The notes under the pieces: generated by a model
What the model was told of the DNA's origin: nothing
The model's input: only the letters and a program-made list of their open reading frames with translations
The model's database searches: none
Part shown: positions 27,048 through 37,984 of the stretch, in pieces
Layout of the letters: each line of letters opens with the position of its first letter
How positions within the stretch are numbered: the first letter of the stretch is position 1
Made by a program: the position numbers and the translations under genes
From: a virus
Lineage: Duplodnaviria; Caudoviricetes
DNA length: 64,000 nt
Virus record (IMG/VR): IMGVR_UViG_3300033757_000347
Reading direction: 5' to 3' (one strand)

Positions 27048-27668
27048 ATGATCGACAATTTCAAAAAGATACGCGGCCTCCTACGGTTTGATAAGCCGAA
27101 CGATTATTACTTAATCGAAGTAATGAAAAGACGGAAGGACAACCCTAGGTTGCCGATAGAGTCTAAATTCATTAAGGAACTTCTCGTTTATTCTTTAAAA
27201 GACTTTGACGAAAGCCGCGACGAAATACTTTGCGCTTGCGAAGTACTTCGAGCTAGAGCTTACATCTGGCTAAACGCTAGAAACGCTGAAGTAACTGGGT
27301 TTCACTGCTTGAAGAGACTGTCTTCTCTTCTTATGGAAAAGAATTACACCAACATTTACGGTCTTTTCCGAAAGGTTAGCGAGGAAGTGCATTTCGATAA
27401 ACACCCAAAGTACCTGATAGACTTGGATTTTAACAGCGATCTAACTCTAGTGGAATCGACTGTACGAGCCAACTGGTCAGATCAGTTGAACGATCAGCAA
27501 CTATTCGAACTCATCAGAACTCCGCATGGATTTCATGCCGTAGCCGATCAGTTTGACACTAAAAAATTCAGAGACGTCTTCCCACACTTGATGGTCTACA
27601 CAGATCGACCTACGATCCTTTACGCTCCATTGTATACGCAGGAAGACTCAGATACAAAAACATGCTAG
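27048..27668 (+). CDS. AEP (primase-polymerase)-like conserved phage protein
   Basis: RRKDNP, RAYI, LIDLD, TPHGFH. Confidence 0.6.
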   Translation: MIDNFKKIRGLLRFDKPNDYYLIEVMKRRKDNPRLPIESKFIKELLVYSLKDFDESRDEILCACEVLRARAYIWLNARNAEVTGFHCLKRLSSLLMEKNYTNIYGLFRKVSEEVHFDKHPKYLIDLDFNSDLTLVESTVRANWSDQLNDQQLFELIRTPHGFHAVADQFDTKKFRDVFPHLMVYTDRPTILYAPLYTQEDSDTKTC

Positions 27669-28234
27669 AAGAAAAACCATTAACTGGGCGAAACTCATCC
27701 TTCACAAAAGTTCTGTCAATACTGGACGAAGTGTTCGGTGGAAATCCGATAACGATAGTCGAGACAGGCTGCATAAGAAACACCAGCGAAGAGGCAAAGA
27801 TCGGAGACGGTTGGAGCACGGTTAACTGGGATTACTACGCTAAAAAAACCAATTCGTCGGTGTACGTGGTAGACATAAGTTGGGATCACGTCAAGCGCGC
27901 GATGGAAGTGGTTCCGCCTAGCCGGTACGTTACGTACACAGTGGACGATTCCGTTCACTTTCTGGAGAACTTTCCGGCGAAGATAGATTTCCTATTCCTA
28001 GACAGTTACGATTACTGCGGGGATGACGAGAACATTCGTAGGTGTCACGAACACAGTCTCAACGAGGTAAAAGCTGCATGGAACAAATTGGGAACCCCAT
28101 GCTTGATCCTCATAGACGACGTGTTCAACGATAAGTGGGACGGAAAGGGAAAGCTTTCCATACCTTACCTTTTCGAAAATGGTTTCGTAATGGTTCATCA
28201 CATCGATGGGCAAATGTTCATGATAAGAAAGTAA
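27662..28234 (+). CDS. class I SAM methyltransferase (Methyltransf_24-like)
   Basis: IVETG, DS..FL, IDFLFLDS, ILIDD. Confidence 0.8.
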   Translation: MLEEKPLTGRNSSFTKVLSILDEVFGGNPITIVETGCIRNTSEEAKIGDGWSTVNWDYYAKKTNSSVYVVDISWDHVKRAMEVVPPSRYVTYTVDDSVHFLENFPAKIDFLFLDSYDYCGDDENIRRCHEHSLNEVKAAWNKLGTPCLILIDDVFNDKWDGKGKLSIPYLFENGFVMVHHIDGQMFMIRK

Positions 28235-28237
28235 GGT

Positions 28238-28887
28238 ATGCCCAAGGTTCTCGATTATTTTGACGGTGGTTTTTACCTCAATTTAGATAGTCGGCCAGAT
28301 CGTCGACTCACTTTTGAAGCTAGGTCCAATGAACAATCTTTAACTTTAGAAAGATTTTCAGTTATCGAAAAGGTTGGACCGATTCCAAACCCGAACAATG
28401 ATCCAAACTGGCATTTTAAAGTTAGCTGCACAGACTCTCACTTTTCTATGATAAGGCTGGCTAAGGAACGAGGTTGGAAAACGTGCTTAATTTTCGAAGA
28501 TGATTGCATCTTTGCTAGCGATTTTTCGAATAAAGTTCGAAACTGCTTGCCAGAAATCGATAAAACAGATTGGACATTTTGTATTTTGGAGGAGAACCGA
28601 ATGGGCCGTGCAATCCTATCTCTAACTCATTGGCTTTGTGCACAGGTGGAGTTTATGGAACGCATGCTTACGCGATACACGAACGATTTTACGACAGAGT
28701 TCTGAACAATATGAGCTTCAACTTGGTGATAGATTCGTTCTACATAAATTTTCCGAACAGGCGGTACCTGATTTTTAGGGACCTGTTAGCTTGGCAGGAC
28801 AGCGAATTTTTTAGCGAATTGCTCGGTCAATACCCACCTAACAAATACGAACTGTACTCATCAGCCTACAAAAAATTCGTTAAATGA
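28238..28887 (+). pseudogene. GT25-like glycosyltransferase with a 1-nt frameshift at about 28572 (probably an assembly error)
   Basis: LNLDSRPDRR, C..SH, IFEDD | DILYFGG, THAYAI. Confidence 0.7.
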
Positions 28888-29708
28888 AGAAAGTAAGTTT
28901 CGTTTGCACCACGTACCGCCGGTATCGTTGCGTAGAGAGGATCATCGAACAGTTTCTACAGCAAGATTATCCAAACATTGAGCTCATTATTTTTAACACC
29001 GACCCAGATCACCTGATGAGATTGTCAGATTATCTTTTCAACGATCTTGGAGACAAAAGATTCGTAGTGATAAACAACCATTTGGATTACGTTACTGGGA
29101 GACCTTATACGAACCGTGGCGCTATATGTCGAGATGCTGTGAATCATGCGTCCGGAGATTACTTTATGTTGGCTGACGACGATGATGTGTACCTACCGTG
29201 GCACGTACGCCAAGCGGTGGATGGGATAGAATCAAACGGCCGAGATGCTTGGAAACCAAAACAGAGCATGTTTGCCACACCGGATCGCGTAGAACTTTGT
29301 CAAAACACGCTTGAAGCATCGGTCATCGTGAAGATGGAGCGAATCAGAGAGATTGGATTCAGGACAGACATCACCGGTTACGAGGGTCTAAGCTGGTACA
29401 CCAAACTTCGAGACGAGGGTCAGCTAAACGAACACGAGGAACTGTTCGTTCCGTCTTACTGTTTCAACTGGTCCGATCCAAGCGAGATGGCCGGTCACAA
29501 GCAGAGCGGAGACATTAACAATCCGAACAATTTTAATAATCACAAATTGCAGTCTAACGATTTCTCTGATAAACCGTTAGATCGATTTGGAGAGGAAAAC
29601 ATTAGCTTCTTTTATTCCAGGTACTACAACTTCCTTCGCAATAACAGCGAAAAATTTTCGCCGGAAGTTTGGGAGAAGTACGCGCTCGCGTACGTGAAGC
29701 CGGAATAA
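28884..29708 (+). CDS. glycosyltransferase family 2
   Basis: VSFVCTTY, QDYPNIELII, GDYFMLADDDDVY. Confidence 0.88.
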   Translation: MKKVSFVCTTYRRYRCVERIIEQFLQQDYPNIELIIFNTDPDHLMRLSDYLFNDLGDKRFVVINNHLDYVTGRPYTNRGAICRDAVNHASGDYFMLADDDDVYLPWHVRQAVDGIESNGRDAWKPKQSMFATPDRVELCQNTLEASVIVKMERIREIGFRTDITGYEGLSWYTKLRDEGQLNEHEELFVPSYCFNWSDPSEMAGHKQSGDINNPNNFNNHKLQSNDFSDKPLDRFGEENISFFYSRYYNFLRNNSEKFSPEVWEKYALAYVKPE

Positions 29709-29717
29709 ATAAACCTA

Positions 29718-32222
29718 ATGAGTTACGTCAATCACTTTTCAAAGGTAGTAGGAGAAAAAATAGCCTACAATAGGATTCTCAATCCAGACTTTTGGCAGAA
29801 CGGTAAGTTCGACCAAGCTGTTAGAACTAAGCTGCTTCAGATAGCCAACGATTTTTATACGGACCTAAAAGTTGATGCTCCGATCGTGGACATTCACCTT
29901 ACTGGGTCGATGGCCAGTTACTCGTGGACGGAACTTTCGGATTTGGACGTTCACGTCCACATTGATTTTTCTCTCATCGACGAAAACACCGAGTTGGTAA
30001 AGCAAGCCTTGGAAGGTCAGAAGTTCGTTTGGAAGCTCAGACACCCAGTCAGCATAAAAGGTCACGAAGTGGAGATGTATGTGCAGGACGATAAGACTCA
30101 CACAGTATCTTCCGGCATATACTCTTTGCTGAAGGACGAGTGGATAGTCGAACCGAAGTACGATCCGCCAAAAATCGACGGTTACGAGATAGCCGAAAAG
30201 GTTGAGGAATACAAAAAAGAAATCGATGAGCTACACAGACTTCTAGATGAGAAAGCTGAAGAAGATGGACGATTGATATTTGACAGGGCAAAAGTGCTTA
30301 AGAAAAAAATATCTGGAGCTAGAGACGAAGCTCTGAAGAAGAGCGGAGAATTTTCAGCGGAGAATTTGATCTTTAAGGAACTAAGAAGCCAAGGTTACAT
30401 AGGCAAGCTGATAAAACTCCAAGCTAAAGCTTACTCAGCCATTTACTCGGACGATGATTACGTTCCTGACGAAACTCGAATCATGCAGGAAAAGGAAAAA
30501 CCGTTGCCTGAAAGTTTTGCCAACTCTAAAAAAATTAATCGTATGCAGCGCATAGTTGAATCGTTTTCCCAGTACGTGAATCGCACTTCGCTGGTCTTTG
30601 AAAACATTGCAGCCGCTAAAGTTTACATGAAGAAAAAAGCGGCTGAGCGTCTAGGTAAAGACGTTAGGGAATTAACGCCTGAAGAAGAGTCTAGGGCTCT
30701 AAACAACAGGGATTACCAGCAGATCTTGGAAATTCTAAGGGACCAACCAGGATACGTCATGGCTTTCGTAAAGTTTCACTTTGACCAGGGAATAGCCTTT
30801 CCTCAGCTTAGAGAACTTGCCAACACCTTTAGAACGAAGAGACACATCGTTCAGCAGCTTCCGAAATCCGTAGACGAATTCTCTTCAATGGAGACTGGCG
30901 CAGACCGAGTTACTGGCTTCGAAAGGTTGGTGGACGCTATCAGAACCATAGAGCGTAATAAAGAAGCTAAGTGGTTCATCGATCGCTTACCTAGGCAGCT
31001 TAGAGAACAGTACAGAGCTTTGCCAAAGGACCGTCAGACTGTTCTGGTGAATGCGGCTCACGCTCTCACCGAACTAGGAAAGGAGATCACCGAGCGATTG
31101 ATGCAGAAGATAAAAGCAATGGGTTCCTGGCCGATCAACGACATGATCGAATACGTGGAGAATTTTTTGAAGGGCTACTCAAACGCCGACATGCAGCAGA
31201 AAGTAGATACTATCGTTTCTCTGGAACCGGAAGCTGGTCTTCTTTACCTTGACGACCGTTACCTTGCTCTGAGCGCCAGAACCGAACAGTCCCAAAAGGA
31301 CCTGTGTTCCGTTGCTAACTGGTGCATCAACCGTGGATCCTTTAAAAGCTACGCAGACGATGCCGTTCAGATCAACATTTTCGACTTTGGAAAACCAGCA
31401 ACGGACCCGTTATTCTTAACCGGTACTACGATTTACTACACCGGAAAGGTAAGAACGTCCCACGACATAAACGATCGGCACATTTACACCACGCCGGACC
31501 CGGAACAGCACTTCCTCCACTTGGGTTACCCACAGAAGATGGTGAAAGACTTGATGAGACAGCTGCCGGTGGAAATGGCAGTCAAAAAGATCATATACGA
31601 CCTGAAGGTCAACCAACTGAAACCGATGGTCGTTCTTTTCAACGTTATTAAGCAGAGTTACCTCATCGATCCTGAAACGGACGATGAAGCTTTGCAGATC
31701 GCCAAGCAGATCCTCATAGAGAGAATCACTCAGATCGCTTCAAGAAAGGAAGTGTTCGACATGTACGAAAGGTACGGTGTTCTGTCGAAGTTCTCAGCTG
31801 ACCTACTTGCTGACTTACTTCCTGACCTTACTCCGGAAGAATTAGAAAAGATAAAGAGTCGTACCATGACTCTGTTCACGATGATAAACAGAGCTGCTTC
31901 ATCTTCCGATGCAAACATCACGAAGAGCCCGCAGCTGAAGATCATCCTAGCTCAGCAGAAAGATATTCTAGCGAGGTTGGGAGTTGAACAAGCTGACGCT
32001 AACCGAGTGGTTGAATCGTTGGAAGAGATGGTGGCAACGATGGATGCTCCGACCAAGACACCAACGAAGACTCCGACCAAGACTCCGACCAAACCCATGA
32101 CTCCTAGCAAGCCGAGCCCAATTCCGACCAAGCGTCCATTCAAGACGCCAGAACCGGCAAAAGCTTCGGAAGAAGACGTTCTAAAAAGATTGAGAAGTAT
32201 ACTAGATGGAACCAGTATTTAA
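29718..32222 (+). CDS. large late protein: N-terminal polbeta-type nucleotidyltransferase domain, internal CTS-like segment, C-terminal (TKTP)n
   Basis: LTGSMASYSW...SDLDVH...VEMYVQD; MQRIVESFSQYVN; NWCI. Confidence 0.75.
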   Translation: MSYVNHFSKVVGEKIAYNRILNPDFWQNGKFDQAVRTKLLQIANDFYTDLKVDAPIVDIHLTGSMASYSWTELSDLDVHVHIDFSLIDENTELVKQALEGQKFVWKLRHPVSIKGHEVEMYVQDDKTHTVSSGIYSLLKDEWIVEPKYDPPKIDGYEIAEKVEEYKKEIDELHRLLDEKAEEDGRLIFDRAKVLKKKISGARDEALKKSGEFSAENLIFKELRSQGYIGKLIKLQAKAYSAIYSDDDYVPDETRIMQEKEKPLPESFANSKKINRMQRIVESFSQYVNRTSLVFENIAAAKVYMKKKAAERLGKDVRELTPEEESRALNNRDYQQILEILRDQPGYVMAFVKFHFDQGIAFPQLRELANTFRTKRHIVQQLPKSVDEFSSMETGADRVTGFERLVDAIRTIERNKEAKWFIDRLPRQLREQYRALPKDRQTVLVNAAHALTELGKEITERLMQKIKAMGSWPINDMIEYVENFLKGYSNADMQQKVDTIVSLEPEAGLLYLDDRYLALSARTEQSQKDLCSVANWCINRGSFKSYADDAVQINIFDFGKPATDPLFLTGTTIYYTGKVRTSHDINDRHIYTTPDPEQHFLHLGYPQKMVKDLMRQLPVEMAVKKIIYDLKVNQLKPMVVLFNVIKQSYLIDPETDDEALQIAKQILIERITQIASRKEVFDMYERYGVLSKFSADLLADLLPDLTPEELEKIKSRTMTLFTMINRAASSSDANITKSPQLKIILAQQKDILARLGVEQADANRVVESLEEMVATMDAPTKTPTKTPTKTPTKPMTPSKPSPIPTKRPFKTPEPAKASEEDVLKRLRSILDGTSI

Positions 32223-33630
32223 GAATTTCGTTCAGTTCGTAAACGAAGCGGACATTAAGGACAACCCAGCGATAAGCCCGGAGTACTTTGCTTCGCTGAA
32301 CAAGCGAGCAGAAGCAGCAGTCCGTAGGATCGAGCAGAGACACGGACCTGAGATGGCAAGAATGATGCAGTTCGTCATGGAAGTTCAATCCATGCAGAGA
32401 GGAAAGGAACGTGCTCTGGAAGCTCTAGCGGAGGATGTCATACTCGATGAGTTCGGTTCCATTCTGGGAGATACAAAGCTTGACATCAAGTTCTCAGATC
32501 CGATAGAACTGAGTGCAATGATGAAGAATCCTAACCAGGAAGAGGAAGAAGAAGTGCAGATGCAGAGAATAGAGGACGAAGACACTCGAACTGCTATTCA
32601 CAAGCGTAAGATTCTAAATATGATAACTCAAGGAGAAGCATTAAACGCCAAGAAACTTTTCACCGGTGAAGTAGCGGTCGATGGTCTCAACAAGATATTC
32701 GGAGAGCAAGCTGCAAGAAAGTTCATCGATCTTCTGGTGAAGATCACTGACATTGCTACTGCAATGGACTGGAGAATACCTGAAGACGTTGCTGCAGAGA
32801 TGTGGGAACAAGGGTCAGGATTCAGCGGAGTTTCAAAGGTAGAGTGGAAACCTTCTAAGAAAGACATCGAAGGCGGAATGGGAGACGATGATGAATCGGA
32901 AGAAGGAGAGGAAGGGTCTGAAGAAGCAACCATCGTTGCTAGAGGCCTTGACTTTTCCATGCTCGTTCACGAAGCGATAAAGGGAATCTACAGCTTGATA
33001 AACCAAGGAGGGTTAGCTCACCTTGACGACGAGACGATAAAGAAAGTCATGATGAATGCTGATACGATGCAGGACGAGATTCAGGATCTTAAGCGTGGGA
33101 AGCTTACTGCTGCTGATCTTAGGGATTTTCTAAACACTTTCCCTGAAGTCGGAAACATTCCGAACGGAAGGCAGTACGTTTGGGGAAAGATGATAGACGC
33201 TAACGTCGTTCCGGATAAGGATTTTCTGGAACTAATGAAGCTGATATTTACCAGCGCTCCAATCTACAAATCTAGAGAAGAAGCTGGAATAGAGTACACC
33301 GAGCAGGATAGAGCTGGAGCAGAGGAATCTTTTTCAAAAGCAAAGGCAAAGATTCAGGCTCTGATAGATATGATAAAGCAGGAACTTTCAGATTGGGAAG
33401 AATCGCAGCGACCTCGGTCAGTTTACGACGATGACGATGACGAGGAAACTGTCCTCCCAGGAGAAGAAACCGAAACTCCTTGGTTGAACGAGCCAGCAGA
33501 AGAAAAGCCTATGAGCAAGAGAGAAATTCAGGATCTCATAGACAGAGCTCTAGACCGCAGAGATTTTGCCGAAGTCGCTAGGTTGTCACAACTTCAAGTG
33601 AACGAAGCAGCAAAAAATGACGAACCGTAA
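32206..33630 (+). CDS. conserved jumbo-phage protein, CTS-like N-terminus
   Basis: MEPVFKNFVQFVNE; KRKILNMITQG; LVHEAIKG. Confidence 0.75.
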   Translation: MEPVFKNFVQFVNEADIKDNPAISPEYFASLNKRAEAAVRRIEQRHGPEMARMMQFVMEVQSMQRGKERALEALAEDVILDEFGSILGDTKLDIKFSDPIELSAMMKNPNQEEEEEVQMQRIEDEDTRTAIHKRKILNMITQGEALNAKKLFTGEVAVDGLNKIFGEQAARKFIDLLVKITDIATAMDWRIPEDVAAEMWEQGSGFSGVSKVEWKPSKKDIEGGMGDDDESEEGEEGSEEATIVARGLDFSMLVHEAIKGIYSLINQGGLAHLDDETIKKVMMNADTMQDEIQDLKRGKLTAADLRDFLNTFPEVGNIPNGRQYVWGKMIDANVVPDKDFLELMKLIFTSAPIYKSREEAGIEYTEQDRAGAEESFSKAKAKIQALIDMIKQELSDWEESQRPRSVYDDDDDEETVLPGEETETPWLNEPAEEKPMSKREIQDLIDRALDRRDFAEVARLSQLQVNEAAKNDEP

Positions 33631-33631
33631 C

Positions 33632-34317
33632 ATGCGCAAGATTTTTAATTTCGATCAATTTGTCAACGAAGAGTTAAGCCAAGAAGAAAAAGACCGAATT
33701 CGTCGGGAGGCTGAAGATTTCGGAGAACTTTACAGGGCTGGAGTCATAGAACCCAAGCAGTACGATAAGTTTAGGAGAAAACTTTACCGAAGCATGGGCG
33801 GTGGGATGGACCCAATAACCGACCCAACGTTAGGCGAAGTCATTGCTCCGGAACTTTTTCAAGCTATGCAGACTCCAGAATTTCAAGCTTTGGCTGAAGA
33901 TGGTTGGACAGTATCGTCAACTCCCTTGCAAATTTTAACGGAACGGTTGCTATCACCACTAACTCAGCGAACAGAAACGGTCCAAACGGCTGGCCTACTT
34001 CCATAGCTATTACCAAAAACGGTTACGTTAGAAGAATATGGTCCGGAAGAGGGTACGTCGGTCAAGCAAGATCTCGTGAAGAACAAGGCGGGCAACCACA
34101 AGTGATGATATCCGGTCTTCCTGGAACAGGAACAGAACGTTACCAGAACGCGTTTCGTTGGATACGCGGAAACATCGATCCAACTAGTCCAAACTTAAAC
34201 TCTCTGCCGAAGATCAAGAGGAACGATGGCGGAACCGGAATTAAAAGGTACGGCGTAACGTACGCGGAACAAGAACGGCTAAGAAGAGAGCAGGAAAGGC
34301 AGAGAAGAGGTCACTAA
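33632..34317 (+). CDS. CTS-like protein, split by an apparent frameshift at about 33930
   Basis: MRKIFNFDQFVNEE; overlapping ORFs 33617-34006 and 33904-34317. Confidence 0.55.
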
Positions 34318-34618
34318 TTCCAATCACTTTCATTTTTTGGTAAGTTAGCATCCTACGACTAGGAAATGAAATGTTATTCACTTAAATTCAAACAGAAATG
34401 AAACTTAAAAGTATCATTCCGATCGCTTTGATCGGAGCAGTCTTGGTTTTTGCATTCATGCTCGTGACGGGGTTCATAAGCTTCAGCAACCAATTCGTTC
34501 CTGACGAGAACAACCCGCTCAAGACTAAGGAGGATTACTTTGACAGTTACCGTCCTTGGTAAGAATGCAAAACCATTATTCTGATTGTGATACAATATAA
34601 TTACACACAATTCTTGCT

Positions 34619-34876
34619 ATGAAAAAATTAAGATTTGAACACCTGTTTTTCGCCGTTCTCCTTTTTGGTTTGATAGGCTTTGTGATAACTTCTTGCACAA
34701 ATATGGTCAACCAAAACGGCCAGGAGTTCGAAGTTTCTATACAACTCGATCCAAACCACGTGATAGAAGTAGAAGGCTGCGAGTATTTCGTAGTCGATTC
34801 GTATGGGGCTCTAACGTACGTTCACAAAGGAAACTGTAAGAACCCTATACACTGCTACAACCAAGTTGAAAAATAA
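34619..34876 (+). CDS. lipoprotein (EGCEY...HKGNCK family)
   Basis: ITSC lipobox; paralogue at 38593. Confidence 0.7.
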   Translation: MKKLRFEHLFFAVLLFGLIGFVITSCTNMVNQNGQEFEVSIQLDPNHVIEVEGCEYFVVDSYGALTYVHKGNCKNPIHCYNQVEK

Positions 34877-34884
34877 GTTCGTAA

Positions 34885-36720
34885 ATGACGAAACAGAACA
34901 AAGAAATTAGCGAAAAGTACCAGCTATTGGACGAGATAGAGCACGTGCTCAAACGTCCGGGAATGTACATCGGCTCGACCAAACCGCACACTGCCCAGGA
35001 ATGGATCCTTAAGGACGGAATGTACGAGAAGGAAGAACTGACTTACAACCCAGGTTTCCTAAAACTTTTTGATGAGATCATTTCCAACTCAGTAGACGAG
35101 TACAAGAGGACAGGAAAGGTAACCACAATCAAAGTCATGGTGGTTAGCGACACTATCTCCGTCTTCGACAACGGTGGAATACCCGTCATTCAGCACACCG
35201 ATCACAAGCAGTGGATCCCTGAGATGATATTCTCGAACCTTCGTGCTGGCTCTAACTTCGACGATGACGAGAGCAGAATCGTTGCAGGAACTAACGGTAT
35301 CGGAGCAACTGCTGTAAACATCTTCTCAACTAAGTTCATGGTGAACACGGCGGACGGAAAGAACCAGTTCGTTCAGGTTTACACCGACAACATGTCAAAG
35401 AAGACCCAACCGAAAGTGTCAGGTTCTTCTCGCAGTTTCACAGAGATCACTTACACTCCGGATCTTAAGAGGTTCGGCATGGACAGCATAGACGATGCTC
35501 ACATCAAGATGATGAGAAAGCGAGTCATTGACATCGCTGCTTGCAATCCCGGTTTGCGCTTGGAGTTCAACACCGAAAAATTCAGGTTCAAAACCTTCAA
35601 GGAATACGTTGACACTTACGTGAAGGACTGCGTGTGGGAAAAATCAAAGGACTGGGAAATAGCGATAGGAGTTTCCAAGGACGGGTTTCAATCCGTTTCC
35701 TTCGTGAATTCCATAGCAACCAAGGAGGGGGGAACTCACGAGAACTTCATCCTTTACCAAGCGGTCGAAGCCATCAGAGCAATGATCAAGAAGAAGCACA
35801 AAGTTGAAGTTAAACCTGCAGAGATCAGAGCACACATGTTTCTGTTCATGAACTGCACCATCGTCAACCCAGCTTTCGATTCTCAGACCAAGACCAGGTT
35901 GATTACTGAACCTAAGGATTTTGGAACTACTCACAAAGTTTCGGATAAGTTCAACAAAGCCCTGTTCGAGTCAGAGGTTGTCCAATCGCTTCTTGATTGG
36001 ATCGAACAGAAGAAAGCAGCGGAGGAAAGAACCGAACTCAGAAAGCTCAACAAGACTCTTGGAACGGCAAAGATACTCAAGCTCATAGATGCTAAGGGAC
36101 GTGACCGTAACAAGTGCGTTCTCGGAATATTCGAAGGAAACTCTGCAGTTTCAGCCGTTCGAAAGTTCAGAGACCCTCAAATTTTTGGTGGGTTTCCTCT
36201 TAAGGGAAAGTTCATAAACGTGAGCGAGATGACTAACGCTGAGGTCATCAAGAACGACGAAGCTGTTCAGCTAATGGGAGCGTTAGGAATAAAGTTCGGA
36301 GAGTACCCAAGCAGCTTGAGGTACGGGAAGATCTACTTGTACACCGATGCAGATCCGGACGGCGATCACATTGCTGCTTCGCTGTTGAATTTTTTCGACA
36401 AGTATTGGCCGGATCTCATCAATCACGGAAGAATATTTCGAGTCATGACTCCGCTCGTTGTTGCAAAGAAGGGAAAGGAAACTCTGCTGTTCTACACTGA
36501 TGCTGAATTTTCCGCTTGGGAAAAGAAGCACGCTAAGGGTTGGGACATTGAGTACAAGAAAGGTTTAGCAGCTTTGGAGGACGAGGAATACAAGGAAATC
36601 ATTCACAAACCCGTTCTTCTGAAGCTCAGCAACGATGACAATTACAAGCAGAGCTTGCAGGACTGGTTCGGACCCGACCCATCTGTGAGAAAGGAAAAAT
36701 TGCTGGCAAAGTCAGTATAA
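34885..36720 (+). CDS. type IIA DNA topoisomerase, ATPase/TOPRIM subunit (T4 gp39+60/GyrB-like)
   Basis: EHVLKRPGMYIG, DEIISN, GTNGIGA, EGNSA, PLKGK, TDADPDG. Confidence 0.95.
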   Translation: MTKQNKEISEKYQLLDEIEHVLKRPGMYIGSTKPHTAQEWILKDGMYEKEELTYNPGFLKLFDEIISNSVDEYKRTGKVTTIKVMVVSDTISVFDNGGIPVIQHTDHKQWIPEMIFSNLRAGSNFDDDESRIVAGTNGIGATAVNIFSTKFMVNTADGKNQFVQVYTDNMSKKTQPKVSGSSRSFTEITYTPDLKRFGMDSIDDAHIKMMRKRVIDIAACNPGLRLEFNTEKFRFKTFKEYVDTYVKDCVWEKSKDWEIAIGVSKDGFQSVSFVNSIATKEGGTHENFILYQAVEAIRAMIKKKHKVEVKPAEIRAHMFLFMNCTIVNPAFDSQTKTRLITEPKDFGTTHKVSDKFNKALFESEVVQSLLDWIEQKKAAEERTELRKLNKTLGTAKILKLIDAKGRDRNKCVLGIFEGNSAVSAVRKFRDPQIFGGFPLKGKFINVSEMTNAEVIKNDEAVQLMGALGIKFGEYPSSLRYGKIYLYTDADPDGDHIAASLLNFFDKYWPDLINHGRIFRVMTPLVVAKKGKETLLFYTDAEFSAWEKKHAKGWDIEYKKGLAALEDEEYKEIIHKPVLLKLSNDDNYKQSLQDWFGPDPSVRKEKLLAKSV

Positions 36721-36744
36721 TATCAGAAACTTAACAAAAATAGG

Positions 36745-37494
36745 ATGTCTACTAATATCTTATCACTAACTGAAAAATTAGAGTTTTTGGACTTAGCAAT
36801 AACTTTTCGAAACTCTTTGCAATTCAAGTATTCAGCAGATGAAAAACACGACTATGCTCTACTGGATTGGTTTGCTGAATTCGGTCATTTTCGAGTGTAT
36901 CGTCGGTACGATGTTAAATGCTACGAACTCTATCTGTCAACAGAAAACGGCTTGACCATTCGGTTGGGCACAATATCGGACCCCCCAATGACTGAGTACT
37001 GCGAACAAACTACTGCTGAAATTAACGATGTGGGCAGAGTTAATGGGTTGAAACGAAAATTCGAATACATGAAATACGCTTGGACAAAGGTCAAAGACAG
37101 AAATATTCGGTACTGTACAAGCAACTTATTGCGAACTCCTGACGAAGTGCAAATTTTGTTCCAAGGAAACGCGAATTATCGATTTTCGAATTCACCGGAA
37201 ACGGAGAAATCAGTAATCAAACACACAAAGGAAGTTTTGAATTTACTTTTTTCTCTCGAACAAATGGAAATTAAAAAACTAAAGCCCAAAAAAGAGATAA
37301 ACGTAGGCGATTCGTTCAGGACCAACGGCCTGAGCCTTCAGCCGGGAGGGTCAATAGTTAGAGTAGTTTACTCTGACGGGCCTGACAGAATTTACGATAA
37401 GGTGAAGAGTGTTGAACGGTACACGGCTAGCTTGAAGAAAAGGGCTAACGTTGCCGAGATCCACGTGAACGGCTCATTGTACTGGAAGAAATGA
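36745..37494 (+). CDS. hypothetical protein
   Basis: ORF track. Confidence 0.65.
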   Translation: MSTNILSLTEKLEFLDLAITFRNSLQFKYSADEKHDYALLDWFAEFGHFRVYRRYDVKCYELYLSTENGLTIRLGTISDPPMTEYCEQTTAEINDVGRVNGLKRKFEYMKYAWTKVKDRNIRYCTSNLLRTPDEVQILFQGNANYRFSNSPETEKSVIKHTKEVLNLLFSLEQMEIKKLKPKKEINVGDSFRTNGLSLQPGGSIVRVVYSDGPDRIYDKVKSVERYTASLKKRANVAEIHVNGSLYWKK

Positions 37495-37651
37495 AATGGA
37501 AACAAATAGACGACTTCCTAGGAAAGGTCGCTAAGTGGATCGTTTGGCTGATAGTAGCGGCGGCGATTGGGTACTTTATTTACAACTACGTCCTTCCTTA
37601 CTGGGAAGGCAAGTATAAGTTCTTCATAGAGTACAACGAAAAGACAAAGAA

Positions 37652-37984
37652 ATGAAAACTCTAAAATCTGTTCCGTGGTTAACTATCCTACTGTTCGTGG
37701 GATTGGTCATCCTCACTTCTAGCTGCGCTAACACGTGCGGTCAGATGGACTACTACACAAACACCTTCATAGAACCGAAGACGTACGGTTTCTTCGGCGG
37801 GTTCTTTCACGGAATATTCATGCCGTTCAGCTTCGTTGGCAGCTTGATCAGCCCATGCATTGAGATGTACGCGTCTAACCACGTTAAGGGTTGGTACGAT
37901 TTTGGTTACCTTTGCGGAGTGATCCTTTCCATCGGAGGAGGTATAAGACTATCAGCAGTAGCAAAAAAAGAACTCTATGGCTAG
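37652..37984 (+). CDS. membrane lipoprotein
   Basis: LTSSC lipobox; GFFGGFFHG..WYDFG. Confidence 0.7.
   Translation: MKTLKSVPWLTILLFVGLVILTSSCANTCGQMDYYTNTFIEPKTYGFFGGFFHGIFMPFSFVGSLISPCIEMYASNHVKGWYDFGYLCGVILSIGGGIRLSAVAKKELYG

Noticed and set aside
28560-28590. Programmed frameshift in GT25
   Set aside because: No slippery site; similar 1-nt breaks at about 33930 and 58640 point to assembly indels. Read mapping would decide
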